Positions 1-9,013 of a DNA stretch of 64,000 nt are shown piece by piece. Below the pieces are notes generated by a model. The model was not told where the DNA came from. It searched no databases and saw nothing but the letters and a program-made list of their open reading frames with translations. The stretch lies in assembly GCA_963748215.1 (NCBI GenBank), contig CAVVHS010000006.1, forward strand, positions 320,001 through 384,000, in the 5' to 3' direction. The DNA is from an uncultured Gammaproteobacteria bacterium. Its GTDB lineage: Bacteria > Pseudomonadota > Gammaproteobacteria > UBA9214. The translations under genes were made by a program, and so were the position numbers. Position 1 is the stretch's first letter; each line of letters starts with the position of its first letter.

Positions 1-413
1 GGTGCTGCCTGCATCGGAACATAGGAGGTCATCATGACGCTCGAACTGCCCTGGAAAATGGCCACGTTGGTCGTAATCGCACCGATCAGCATCAGCGCAA
101 AGCCCAGCCAGGCCCAGCGCGGTGTCGCCAGCCTGCACCTCAGCAGGGTCGAGGATGCAAAATAGAGAATCGCGATTTCGAAGAAAATGATCCAGAAGAT
201 CAGTGCGTCGATGCCATGTGCCGTGAGGAACATGTAGAACTGATCAGCAGGCAGCAGGTGCACCGCCGGCCAGCGTGTCAGTGCCACACCGAGCGCCAGC
301 ACGCCGGCCACCAGCAGGGAGACGGCGGCGGCGACTGCGTTGGCCTTCATCAGGCTTTCAGCTTGCTTGTCGAAATACAGGCCCGTGTCGGGGCAGAGTC
401 TAAAGTTTGCCAT
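1..413 (-). CDS. Heme-copper oxidase superfamily subunit I, N-terminal part (B-family-derived, probable eNOR-type NO reductase); runs off the window edge
   Basis: Not in the ORF track. Manual translation from ATG at 413: MANFRLCPDTGLYFDKQAESLMKANAVAAAVSLLVAGVLALGVALTRWPAVHLLPADQFYMFLTAHGIDALIFWIIFFEIAILYF...VMMTSYVPMQAAP. It has hydrophobic helices and the helix-II heme ligand motif 'LTAHG', and lies directly downstream of a CuA subunit II. Confidence 0.8.
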   Translation of the reverse strand, partial: MANFRLCPDTGLYFDKQAESLMKANAVAAAVSLLVAGVLALGVALTRWPAVHLLPADQFYMFLTAHGIDALIFWIIFFEIAILYFASSTLLRCRLATPRWAWLGFALMLIGAITTNVAIFQGSSSVMMTSYVPMQAA

Positions 414-419
414 GCCTCA

Positions 420-962
420 TCACTCCTTCACGTAAATTCTGCCGAGCATGGTATGGTGACCAATGCCGCAGAATTCGTTACAGACCACGCCGTACTCACC
501 GGCGACATCAGGGGTTATCGTCAGCACCATTTCATAGCCGGGAACCACCTGCATATTGATGTTGACGGGCTGCAGGGAGAACCCGTGCTGCCAGTCCATG
601 GAGGAGAGGTGCAGTCGGTAGCTCTTGTCTTTCTCCAGTTCCAGGATCGGCCACCATTGCCACAAACGCCCCAGCATATAGATGTCGCTGCCAGCCGGCG
701 GATGCACAACCGGGATCTTCTGCTCGGTTTCGGTACGGACAGTATACTGGTCGATCATGTCCTGGACCTTGGCGCCGAATTGGGCTGGCGTGGTCCGGTA
801 GGCTTCGCTGGAGAGGTTCTGTTTTCCGTACACATGCCAGTACGGCATCATGAAAAACATGATCAGACACCAGATCAGCGCAATGCCGATCCAGACGATT
901 TCCTCGCGGCCAACGGGTACCTTCCACCAGATGCGCTGTGCGGGCGGTAAATAAGAAGTCAT
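420..962 (-). CDS. Heme-copper oxidase subunit II with CuA site
   Basis: One N-terminal TM helix and a cupredoxin domain with 'DWQHGF' and the 'CNEFCGIGHHTM' CuA ligands. Confidence 0.9.
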   Translation of the reverse strand: MTSYLPPAQRIWWKVPVGREEIVWIGIALIWCLIMFFMMPYWHVYGKQNLSSEAYRTTPAQFGAKVQDMIDQYTVRTETEQKIPVVHPPAGSDIYMLGRLWQWWPILELEKDKSYRLHLSSMDWQHGFSLQPVNINMQVVPGYEMVLTITPDVAGEYGVVCNEFCGIGHHTMLGRIYVKE

Positions 963-989
963 GGCTGTGTGATCCTCCCTGGGTATCGA

Positions 990-1157
990 CTATTGAGCGA
1001 TGGGCAAGCTGAGGATTTCCATGATCCCCCAGATGATGTAGAAAACCGTAGGCATTGCGACACCGATGAAAAGCAGCAGGAACGGGTTTTCCAGCAGGGA
1101 CTGCATTGCCGGGATGCGTTCGTCTTCGTTACTGGGGTTGTTACCTGGATCAGCCAT
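990..1157 (-). CDS. Small single-TM protein (subunit IIa-like) of the oxidase/NOR operon
   Basis: MADPGN...LLENPFLLLFIGVAMPTVFYIIWGIMEI, with a GAAGGAG RBS upstream of the ATG at 1157. First gene of the operon. Confidence 0.7.
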   Translation of the reverse strand: MADPGNNPSNEDERIPAMQSLLENPFLLLFIGVAMPTVFYIIWGIMEILSLPIAQ

Positions 1158-1248
1158 GGTTTTCTCCTTCGGGAACGCCTGTGTTACGGACAATCAGTTC
1201 ACATGTGACCAATTGCCGCAATCATCTTGAATAACTGGCAAACCATCC

Positions 1249-1262
1249 TTGATATAAGTCAA
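1249..1262. promoter_or_regulatory. FNR/DNR-type box upstream of the oxidase/NOR operon
   Basis: TTGAT-ATAA-GTCAA, one mismatch to TTGAT-N4-ATCAA. Confidence 0.75.
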
Positions 1263-1641
1263 GGCAGCCAATTTAGTTCCAATGCCCGCACTGGTTCTGC
1301 ATTGTTCAAAACCGGTAATGCCGCTGACCTGGCAAACCGTGTGTGCCGGGCATCTGCTGGCTGTAGTGCCGGTTCAGGCTGTCTGCCCCGCGCGTGGCTG
1401 CATGAGCCCGTTATATCCCGTCTTGTTTCCGGTCGCCGGTCGCGACAGTGATCTGCGTGATGGTCGAACCCGCTGGGTGAAACGTCGATTAATCAACATC
1501 TTTATCATGTTACATGGATGTATTAATGAAGAACGTGCCGGCAGGAACTATCCTGTGCGTTACTTATCCAATCCGTTCACTACCGGTTGTCAGTTCAGGT
1601 GGTGAGCTGATTACGGGTGAATGATACGGGAGAACAGCGTC

Positions 1642-2595
1642 ATGGATTTGTCAGTCAAGGAAAACATCTATCTGCAACGGGAACAACTCGCAGGCCTGCT
1701 GCACGCGCCGCTGGCGCATCTGGCCGAGAAATGTGCGCCGGCCTGGGATGACCGCCAGCAGCTCAATGACGTACTCATGGACGGTTTCGCCAGCATTCCG
1801 CATTGCAACTACCTGTACTGCCTCAATACCAGCGGTGTGCAGGTCTCTGACAACATCGGGCAGCATGGCGTGAGGACCGATTATTTCGGCCGCGACCGTT
1901 CGCAGCGCCCCTACATGAAAGAAGCGGTACCGGTGTGGGGCTTTCTGCTCTCGGACGCCTACATCAGTCTGTCCGAGAATCGGCCCTCACTCACGGCCCT
2001 GGGGGTCGTGCACGACGGTTCCGGTACCCTCGGCTACGTAGGGGCCGATTTCGACCTGCGCAACCTGCCGGCGACACCGAAGCTCTACGAGGAATCCGCG
2101 ATCTGGCGCCAGATCAAGGGTGATCCGGCCATTCGCGGTGCGGTGTTCCAGCAACACCGCATCGAGAGCCCCATGGATCGCAATTTCGAGCAGACGCTGT
2201 CCATCCTGGAGGAATTGCTGACCCAGCGTGGTGTCTTCCAGTGCCAGATTCACTTTTCAAGCAGCCAGATCACCCTCTGGACGGCCGACGACCCGTTCCG
2301 CTACCGGATTCTTGATCACGAGGCCCTGAGCGACCCGGACATCTGCCTGGTCTATCCGCCGCGTGCCTATCCGCCGGATGCGGTCATTCCGCAGGACACC
2401 ATCGCGCGCATTCTGGAGACGCTTCAACCACTGCGCATGACCGACGAGAACCTCTACCTGCGCATGTCCTCGATCAACATCTTCAACGGCATGATCAGCC
2501 TGACGTTCTCCTGTGATGGTTCGCACTATATGCGCTACGACGAGTTCCTCGTCAAGAACACCGCCTTCTGGTTCGGCACCGCCGCCTGCGCCTGA
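1642..2595 (+). CDS. Soluble PDC/dCache-like sensor-domain protein, function unknown
   Basis: 'RDRSQRPYM...LSDAYIS...RPSLTA...GTLGYVGADFDL' is Cache-like. No TM helix or recognisable output domain. GGAGA RBS before the ATG at 1642. Confidence 0.55.
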   Translation: MDLSVKENIYLQREQLAGLLHAPLAHLAEKCAPAWDDRQQLNDVLMDGFASIPHCNYLYCLNTSGVQVSDNIGQHGVRTDYFGRDRSQRPYMKEAVPVWGFLLSDAYISLSENRPSLTALGVVHDGSGTLGYVGADFDLRNLPATPKLYEESAIWRQIKGDPAIRGAVFQQHRIESPMDRNFEQTLSILEELLTQRGVFQCQIHFSSSQITLWTADDPFRYRILDHEALSDPDICLVYPPRAYPPDAVIPQDTIARILETLQPLRMTDENLYLRMSSINIFNGMISLTFSCDGSHYMRYDEFLVKNTAFWFGTAACA

Positions 2596-2681
2596 CAGGC
2601 TACCGGCGCATTCAAAAGCACCTGTAGATACAAGGAGCGGACCGCGTCCGCGATCCTTTCATAGCCTGCACGGACGGGTTA

Positions 2682-4262
2682 TCAGTGACTGGTGCCTTCG
2701 GAACGCGTGATCTTGTTGTAGACGTTGTACTTGCCGACCGGTTTCTTCATCGGGATGCGCTTGACCTCTTCCAGTGTGTCGGCGTCGTAGACCACGATGG
2801 CGCCATCCATCTCCCAGATGCTCAGCAGCGCGTACTTGCCGTCACGGGTGAATTCGACATGGGCCGCGGTCTTGCCGGGGGCAGGACGCAGGGTTCTGAC
2901 GATCTCGAGCGTCTGCTTGTCGATGACATGTACGGCGTCCTTGTCCGGGCCGGAAAAGACATCGACCCAGGCATAGCGCGAGTTTTCATGGCTGCGCATG
3001 AAAAAGCCCGGGCCGAGCGTTTTGATCTTCTTCACCGTCTTCCAGTCTTTCATGTCGATGACAGTCACCACGCTTTCTTTCAGGTTCGGCGTGGCGAGCA
3101 CGGTCGTGTCACCATAGGGCCAGGTGATGCCCGATCCGAGGTGTGGCATACCGGTCAGTTCCACGTCGGCGATCTTGCGCCCGACAATCAGGTTCACTAC
3201 CTGGCCATTGTTGCTGTTGCGGGCTGCACCGATCAGGTGCTGGTAGGACGGGTCAAAAAAGAAGTCATCCAGGTAGTCGTCCAGCTCGATGCGCCGCACC
3301 GGGAAGCGGCCGGTCTCGGCCAGGCCCTCACCCATGCGGTAATCGTGCACCAGGCCGCGGTACACCGGCGGCGGGTTGTCGCTGTAGTTGATTTCCCAGA
3401 CTTCCTGCAGGTCCTTGAGTGCGACGATGAAACTTTCCCGTGGCGGGGCGGTGTAGACCGCACTGACCCGCGAGCCCTGGCCGGAATCGTCCTGTACGGG
3501 GATCACCCTGATCAGGCTCAGATCGCGGGCATCCAGCACGACCAGCGTATGAGGCAGGTAGTTGCCGACCATCACGAAACGGTCATCAGCGGATACCGCG
3601 GCGTTGCGCGTGTTGATGCCGGCACGGATCTCGGCGATGGTCTCCAGCCGGTACATGTCGAACTTGCTGATCCAGCCGTCGCGCGAGGCGAAATACACAT
3701 AGCGTCCGGTGGCTGAGTATTTGGGGCCACCATGCAGCGCATAGCGTGACTTGAAGCGGTGAATCGGTTCCAGCTTGTCGCCGTCCAGTACCGAGACATG
3801 GTGATCGCCGGCCTCGACCACCAGGAACAGGTTGAGCGGATCGGCGCTATAGACCGGCTTGAGATCCGCCGCCGCGGCTGCCAGCAGCTCCGGCTTGTGA
3901 ATAACGTGGCTCGCACGGATTTCTGCCTCGCCCCACACGGGCATTGTCGCAGGACTGGAGTAGATATAGGTGACGAGGGCATCGATCTGCTGTGCATCGA
4001 GTTTGCCGGCGAAGGCAGGCATCTGGGTCGCCGGCAGGCCACCGGCGATGACCGTGGCCGCGTTGTCCTTGCGCAGGCGCTGCAGGTTGTCCGGCAGCAG
4101 TGCCGGTCCCGTGCCGCCGAGGCGATCGGCGCCGTGGCAGCCGGCACAGTGTGCGTTGTAGAGTGTTGCGGCATCCGGTTCGGCAGCGCTGGCATGGTTG
4201 AGGAGTACGGTGCAGACACCTGCAATTAACCAATTCAAGCGTACTTGTGCTGGACGTCCCAT
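2682..4262 (-). CDS. nirN: Dihydro-heme d1 dehydrogenase NirN
   Basis: Signal peptide, CAGCH heme c motif, cd1 beta-propeller ('LHGGPKYS', 'KPVGKYNV'); last gene of the nir operon. Confidence 0.9.
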   Translation of the reverse strand: MGRPAQVRLNWLIAGVCTVLLNHASAAEPDAATLYNAHCAGCHGADRLGGTGPALLPDNLQRLRKDNAATVIAGGLPATQMPAFAGKLDAQQIDALVTYIYSSPATMPVWGEAEIRASHVIHKPELLAAAAADLKPVYSADPLNLFLVVEAGDHHVSVLDGDKLEPIHRFKSRYALHGGPKYSATGRYVYFASRDGWISKFDMYRLETIAEIRAGINTRNAAVSADDRFVMVGNYLPHTLVVLDARDLSLIRVIPVQDDSGQGSRVSAVYTAPPRESFIVALKDLQEVWEINYSDNPPPVYRGLVHDYRMGEGLAETGRFPVRRIELDDYLDDFFFDPSYQHLIGAARNSNNGQVVNLIVGRKIADVELTGMPHLGSGITWPYGDTTVLATPNLKESVVTVIDMKDWKTVKKIKTLGPGFFMRSHENSRYAWVDVFSGPDKDAVHVIDKQTLEIVRTLRPAPGKTAAHVEFTRDGKYALLSIWEMDGAIVVYDADTLEEVKRIPMKKPVGKYNVYNKITRSEGTSH

Positions 4263-4294
4263 AATTTACCTGGATGCTGCGTAGGAGTGTTACT

Positions 4295-4358
4295 GGTGCG
4301 CAAAGCGCACCCTACAACTTTATCTCAATTCCATTTCGTAGGGTGCGCTCAGCGCACC
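4295..4358. repeat. Inverted pair of GTAG-family REP-like palindromes (REPIN-like)
   Basis: GGTGCGCAAAGCGCACCCTAC (4295-4315) and GTAGGGTGCGCTCAGCGCACC (4338-4358) are inverted copies, each an internal hairpin with a GTAG foot. Confidence 0.75.
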
Positions 4359-4365
4359 GCCATGT

Positions 4366-5583
4366 TCAGCTCGCACGCCGTATGGTGCGTACCTGCAATG
4401 CCATGGGTTCCGGTTTTGCGTCAGCGTAATCCGCCGGGTCGATGTCCAGTTCCCGGTCATCCAGGTAGCAGGCCGGATCCTCCCACCACGGGTCGCCGGT
4501 CATCTGGAAGGCGCGCACGCGGGTGTTGCCGCCGCACACCGCCCGGTAGCCGCACACACCGCAGCGTCCGCGCAAGGGCCGCGGCGAGGCCTTGAGGCCC
4601 GCCATCAGCGGGTCGCGGGTGTCGACCCAGATTTCGGAGAACGGCCGTTCCCTGACATTGCCCAGGTTGTAGTTCCACCAGAAGGTGTCCGGGTGCACGT
4701 TGCCCAGGTTGTCGATATTGGCGATGTTGACACCGGAGGAATTGCCGCCCCAGTTCACCAGCCGTTTGTGCAGCTCGGCATGACGTTCCGGCAGGTGGCG
4801 CGCCACCCAGTGCAGCAGGTAGACCGCATCGGCGTCGTTGTTGCCGGTGACGAACTCGCGCTTGCCGCCGGCCTGCACATCGGTCCAGCAGGCGTCGAAC
4901 AGCTGGTCCATGACCTGCCGGGTGGTGCTGTGGATGACATCGGAGGCGCGATGCCGGTTGCCGCGGCCGCCGTAGTTCAGGTGTGATACGTACAGCTTGT
5001 CGACACCTTCCGCGTCCATCAGGCGCAGGATGTCCGGCAGCTCATGGGCGGTGTCCTGTGTCGGGGTGAAGCGCATGCCGACCTTGATGCCGGCGTCGCG
5101 GCACAGGCGAATGGCGGCCAGCGAGGCGTCGAATGCCCCCTGTTTCTGCCGGAAGCGGTCGTGCGTGGCGCGCATGCCGTCGAGGCTGATGCCGACATAG
5201 TCGTAACCGATGGATGCGATGCGTTCGATGTTGTCCGCGTCGATCAGCGTGCCGTTGCTGGACAGGCCGACGTAGAAGCCCATGGCCCTGGCGCGCGCCG
5301 AGATATCATAGATATCCGGGCGCAGCAGCGGTTCGCCGCCCGACAGGATCAGCACCGGCACACCGAAGCGCTTGAGGTCGTCCATGACCGCGTAAATCTC
5401 GGTCGTCGATAATTCACCGGGAAAATCGATATCCGCGGAAATCGAATAGCAATGCTTGCAGGTCAGGTTGCAGCGCCGGATCAGGTTCCAGATCACCACC
5501 GGGCCGGACGGCTGGCGCGCCGCCGGAATGGTATCGGGCGGCGGTTGCGACAGCAGTTGCATGTAATGCGAGATGCGGAACAT
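4366..5583 (-). CDS. nirJ: Heme d1 biosynthesis radical SAM protein NirJ
   Basis: MFRISHYM start, CNLTCKHC radical SAM motif, C-terminal SPASM cysteines; nir context. Confidence 0.93.
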   Translation of the reverse strand: MFRISHYMQLLSQPPPDTIPAARQPSGPVVIWNLIRRCNLTCKHCYSISADIDFPGELSTTEIYAVMDDLKRFGVPVLILSGGEPLLRPDIYDISARARAMGFYVGLSSNGTLIDADNIERIASIGYDYVGISLDGMRATHDRFRQKQGAFDASLAAIRLCRDAGIKVGMRFTPTQDTAHELPDILRLMDAEGVDKLYVSHLNYGGRGNRHRASDVIHSTTRQVMDQLFDACWTDVQAGGKREFVTGNNDADAVYLLHWVARHLPERHAELHKRLVNWGGNSSGVNIANIDNLGNVHPDTFWWNYNLGNVRERPFSEIWVDTRDPLMAGLKASPRPLRGRCGVCGYRAVCGGNTRVRAFQMTGDPWWEDPACYLDDRELDIDPADYADAKPEPMALQVRTIRRAS

Positions 5584-5584
5584 A

Positions 5585-6094
5585 TCAGCCTCCCAGCCGC
5601 AGGCCGGTTTTTTTCAGGATACGGCTGCTGAACAGGATATCATGGCCGCGCTGCCGCGCGCCGAGCACGCCGGCGATCCGCTCCACCAGCGCGGCCACCT
5701 CGGGCCGGCTGTGGCCGTGCACCATGGCGAACAGGTTGTAGGGCCAGTCCGGCAGTACCCGCGGGCGGTGGTAGCAATGGCTGACGAAATCGAGCCTGCC
5801 GACTTCCGGGCCGACCGCACCGATGAACTCGTCCGGGATGTCCCACACCGTCATGCCGTTCGCCGTATAACCCAGGCGGTAATGGTTGGGTACGGCACCG
5901 ATGCGGCGGATGCGGCCATCGGCCAGCATGGCGTTGATGCGCTCCATTACCCGTTCGGGCGTGACGCCGAGTTCGGCCGCAAGCCAGTGATAGGGGCGGG
6001 CGTCCAGCGGTAACCCGGTCTGCGTGGCCAGCACCAGGCGCCGGTCCAGGTCTGGCAGTGACTCTGTCGCGCATGCTGCCTTGCCGGTCGTCAT
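5585..6094 (-). CDS. nirH: Siroheme decarboxylase subunit NirH
   Basis: Lrp/AsnC-like fold; 'VSHCYHRPR..WPYNLFAMVHG', 'ILKKTGLR'. Confidence 0.88.
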   Translation of the reverse strand: MTTGKAACATESLPDLDRRLVLATQTGLPLDARPYHWLAAELGVTPERVMERINAMLADGRIRRIGAVPNHYRLGYTANGMTVWDIPDEFIGAVGPEVGRLDFVSHCYHRPRVLPDWPYNLFAMVHGHSRPEVAALVERIAGVLGARQRGHDILFSSRILKKTGLRLGG

Positions 6095-6097
6095 GCA

Positions 6098-6541
6098 CTA
6101 AACCTCGAAATGCAGGCCGACATAGAACTCCTCCAGCTTCGGCAGGTTCAGGACCGCCAGTCCGGTGACCTGTTCGATACGCTCGATGGCCGACTGCAAT
6201 GCCGCCGGTGTTTCCGTGGCCAGCACGAACCACATGTTCATGTGATGATCGCGCTGGTAGTTGTGTGCGACCTCCGGCAAGGCATTGACTGTATTCGCCA
6301 CGGCCTCGAAACGTTCCTGCGGAACATGCATCGCGCACAGGCTGAGCGCGCCACCCATCTGCTCGGCATGAAACAGCGGGCCGAAGCGCGTCAGCAGGCC
6401 ATCATCCAGCATGCAGCCGATGCGCGTGATGAGCTCGCTTTCCGTGCTGCCCAGCCGATCGGCAACCTCGAGGAAGGGCTGCTCGCAGACCGGGAAGCCG
6501 CCTTGCAGTTCGTTGATGATGCGGCGGTCCAGTGCGTCCAT
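6098..6541 (-). CDS. nirG: Siroheme decarboxylase subunit NirG
   Basis: True start is probably MDALDRRIINELQGGFP at 6541; 'VAHNYQRDH..NMWFV'. Confidence 0.88.
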   Translation of the reverse strand: MDALDRRIINELQGGFPVCEQPFLEVADRLGSTESELITRIGCMLDDGLLTRFGPLFHAEQMGGALSLCAMHVPQERFEAVANTVNALPEVAHNYQRDHHMNMWFVLATETPAALQSAIERIEQVTGLAVLNLPKLEEFYVGLHFEV

Positions 6542-7530
6542 CAGCCCGCTATCCGGTAATGTGCGCCGCGCTGCCTGAAGCGCCGGCCGCTGAACAGTAT
6601 TTCGTGCGGGGTGTCGCCCAGACCGAGCGCAGTGGTCATGCGTTCGATGCACGCCAGCACCTCGTCGCGGTCCTGGCCGTGCACCATGCAGAACAGGTTG
6701 TAGCGCCAGCCGGGCAGGCGGCGCGGCCGCTGGTAACAGAGCGTGACGCAATCCTGGTCGCCCAGTTGCCGGCCGATCCGGTCGACCTGGTCATCCGCCA
6801 CGTCCCACACCACCATGGCGTTGGCGCGGTAGCCGAGTTCGTGGTGGCGCACGACCACGCCCAGGCGCTTGATGATGCCGCGCTCGAGCAGGCTGCGCAG
6901 CTGCTCGATGACCCCGGACTCGGTACAGCCAATGCGCTCGGCGATTGCCTGGTAGGGCCGTGATACCAGCGGCAGGCCGCCCTGGATCGCCTCGATCAGG
7001 TCCTCGGCGCTGCCGGCCGTGTCTGCCACGGGATGTGTCCCGGTGTTTGCCGTGTCACGGTCAACCGTCATGTTTGCCACACGGTCAAACCGCAGATGGA
7101 AACCGAGGTCGATGTGATAGTCCCGGACCAGCGGCAGCGACATGACATCAAGGCCGCTCTGCTGCCGGATGGCGTCGAGAGTGGCCGCGATGCCCTCCTG
7201 ATTCGGCGCCGTGAGCACGAACCACAGGTTGAAACGGTGTTCGCGCTCGTAGTTGTGGTTGACCTGGGGGAAACCGTTCACGAGCGCCGCGATCCGTTCC
7301 AGTTGCGCGGCGGGCACCGCCATCGCCGCCAGGGTGCTGGCGCCGATGGTGTTGGGCCGGAACACCGCGCCAACGCGGCTCACCACGCCCTGTACCTGCA
7401 GGTCATGCAGGTGGTCGAGCAGGGTGGCGGTGCAGGTGTCCAGCTCCCGCGCGATGTGGTCGAACGGTTGCGGATCGAGCGGGAATTCCCTCTGGTAGTC
7501 GTTCAGCAGGCGCTGGGTCAAAGGCGTCAT
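6541..7530 (-). CDS. nirDL: Fused siroheme decarboxylase NirD-NirL
   Basis: Two tandem AsnC-like units ('VNHNYEREHRFNLWFV' and 'VTLCYQRPRRLPGWRYNLFCMVHG'). Confidence 0.85.
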   Translation of the reverse strand: MTPLTQRLLNDYQREFPLDPQPFDHIARELDTCTATLLDHLHDLQVQGVVSRVGAVFRPNTIGASTLAAMAVPAAQLERIAALVNGFPQVNHNYEREHRFNLWFVLTAPNQEGIAATLDAIRQQSGLDVMSLPLVRDYHIDLGFHLRFDRVANMTVDRDTANTGTHPVADTAGSAEDLIEAIQGGLPLVSRPYQAIAERIGCTESGVIEQLRSLLERGIIKRLGVVVRHHELGYRANAMVVWDVADDQVDRIGRQLGDQDCVTLCYQRPRRLPGWRYNLFCMVHGQDRDEVLACIERMTTALGLGDTPHEILFSGRRFRQRGAHYRIAG

Positions 7531-7532
7531 GG

Positions 7533-8696
7533 CTACAACCCGATACGGTGGGCGCGGTCGGTGAAGAAAATCCCGCTCGGCTTGACGGCGGGCAGCGTTG
7601 CCGTTTTCTCCAGGCTGGCGGTGTCGTAGACATCGATACGGTCCTCGTCGCGCACCGACAACCAGAGCTTCTCGCCGCGCGGCGTGAATTCCATGTGCAG
7701 CACCGCCTTGCCGGGTTTCAGGGTCTTGATGATGTCGTGCGACTCGACGTCGATGACCTGCACGGTGTCATTGTCCGGGTGGGCGAAATTGACCCACACC
7801 TGGCGGCCGTCGGGGCGGGCCATGACGAACACCGGCTGGCCGTGTACCTCGATGGCGGCCTGCTGCTGCCAGTTGTCAGTGTCCACCACCAGCACCCTGT
7901 GCTGGCCGACGGCGGGGACGAAGGCGAGACGTCCGGCCATCGCCCAGCCTTCGAGATGCGGCATCTTGTAGACGGGTAACTTTTCATCATGTGCCGCGTA
8001 GCCCTCGAGGATGCGGCGTACGCCGCGTTCCGGGTGCCACAGGTCGAGCAGGGCCATGCTGTCGTCGCCGAACAGGCCGGCGATGTAGTAGCGGCCATCC
8101 GGGGTGATCAGTGCGTCGTAGGGCGCGCGCCCGATGTTCTCGAAGCGGGTCAGCTGCGGCTTGCGCGGCTCGGCCATGTCGGCGATCCAGATCTGGTCCG
8201 CGTCGTACAGGCTGAACACGAAACGGTTGCCGGGGGCGTCGACCAGGCCGATGACCTTGGAAAATTTTCCGGGGGCGTATTCGGCAGGGATGTCGGCGAC
8301 CGGCTCGAGCGTGGCGGCGTCGAAGACGCGCACGCCGCCCGGTTCGTAATTCGATACAGCGACCAGGCGGCCGTCCTGCGAGATCGCACCGCCGATGCTG
8401 TTACCGGCTTGCAGGATGCGCTTGTCGATGCGGCCGGCCAGCAGGTCGACCCGGGTGAGGCCACCGTCGCGGCCGAACACGTAGGCATAGCGGGCATCGC
8501 GCGAGAACACCACGGAGGCATGCGACAGGTCGCCGAGTCCGTCGATCTCCGCCAGCCGGGTATCGGTACTGTGTTCGACCACCAGCAGCTGGCCCGTGGC
8601 GCGCTCGATAACCACGCCGAGGTCGCCGGTGCCGCGCAACTCCGCGAGCAGCGGCAGGCTGAGCAACAGTGTGCCGATCAGCAGCAGTGCCCTCAT
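7533..8696 (-). CDS. nirF: Heme d1 biosynthesis protein NirF
   Basis: 'LRGTGDLGVVIERA', 'VYKMPHLEGW', 'KPSGIFFTDRAHRIGL'; d1-type propeller without heme c. Confidence 0.92.
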   Translation of the reverse strand: MRALLLIGTLLLSLPLLAELRGTGDLGVVIERATGQLLVVEHSTDTRLAEIDGLGDLSHASVVFSRDARYAYVFGRDGGLTRVDLLAGRIDKRILQAGNSIGGAISQDGRLVAVSNYEPGGVRVFDAATLEPVADIPAEYAPGKFSKVIGLVDAPGNRFVFSLYDADQIWIADMAEPRKPQLTRFENIGRAPYDALITPDGRYYIAGLFGDDSMALLDLWHPERGVRRILEGYAAHDEKLPVYKMPHLEGWAMAGRLAFVPAVGQHRVLVVDTDNWQQQAAIEVHGQPVFVMARPDGRQVWVNFAHPDNDTVQVIDVESHDIIKTLKPGKAVLHMEFTPRGEKLWLSVRDEDRIDVYDTASLEKTATLPAVKPSGIFFTDRAHRIGL

Positions 8697-9013
8697 GGTG
8701 TTTGTCCCGCCTCCATCAGGGTGTCCACCAGCCAGGCGATGTCGTCCTCGCCGAGCAGGGTTTTCCAGGGCGGCATGGGGGTACCGGCGCGGCCGTCGCG
8801 GATGGTGGCGACCAGTAACTCGCGCGGTTTGCCGGCCAGCGCCTGCGCGGTCAATGCCGGTCCCAGGCCGCCGGTCAGGCGCATGCCATGACAGGAGCCG
8901 CAGTCCTGATGCAGCAGGTTTTGCAGTTCCCGTGCACGTTCTGCCGACAGGGGTGCGGCAGCTGCCGGCAGGCAGGGCAGGATGGCCAGCAGCAGAACCG
9001 GCAGGCTACGCAT
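8693..9013 (-). CDS. nirC: Cytochrome c55X NirC
   Basis: Signal peptide, 'QDCGSCHGMRLTGGLGPAL', 'GTPMPPW'. Confidence 0.9.
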   Translation of the reverse strand: MRSLPVLLLAILPCLPAAAAPLSAERARELQNLLHQDCGSCHGMRLTGGLGPALTAQALAGKPRELLVATIRDGRAGTPMPPWKTLLGEDDIAWLVDTLMEAGQTP

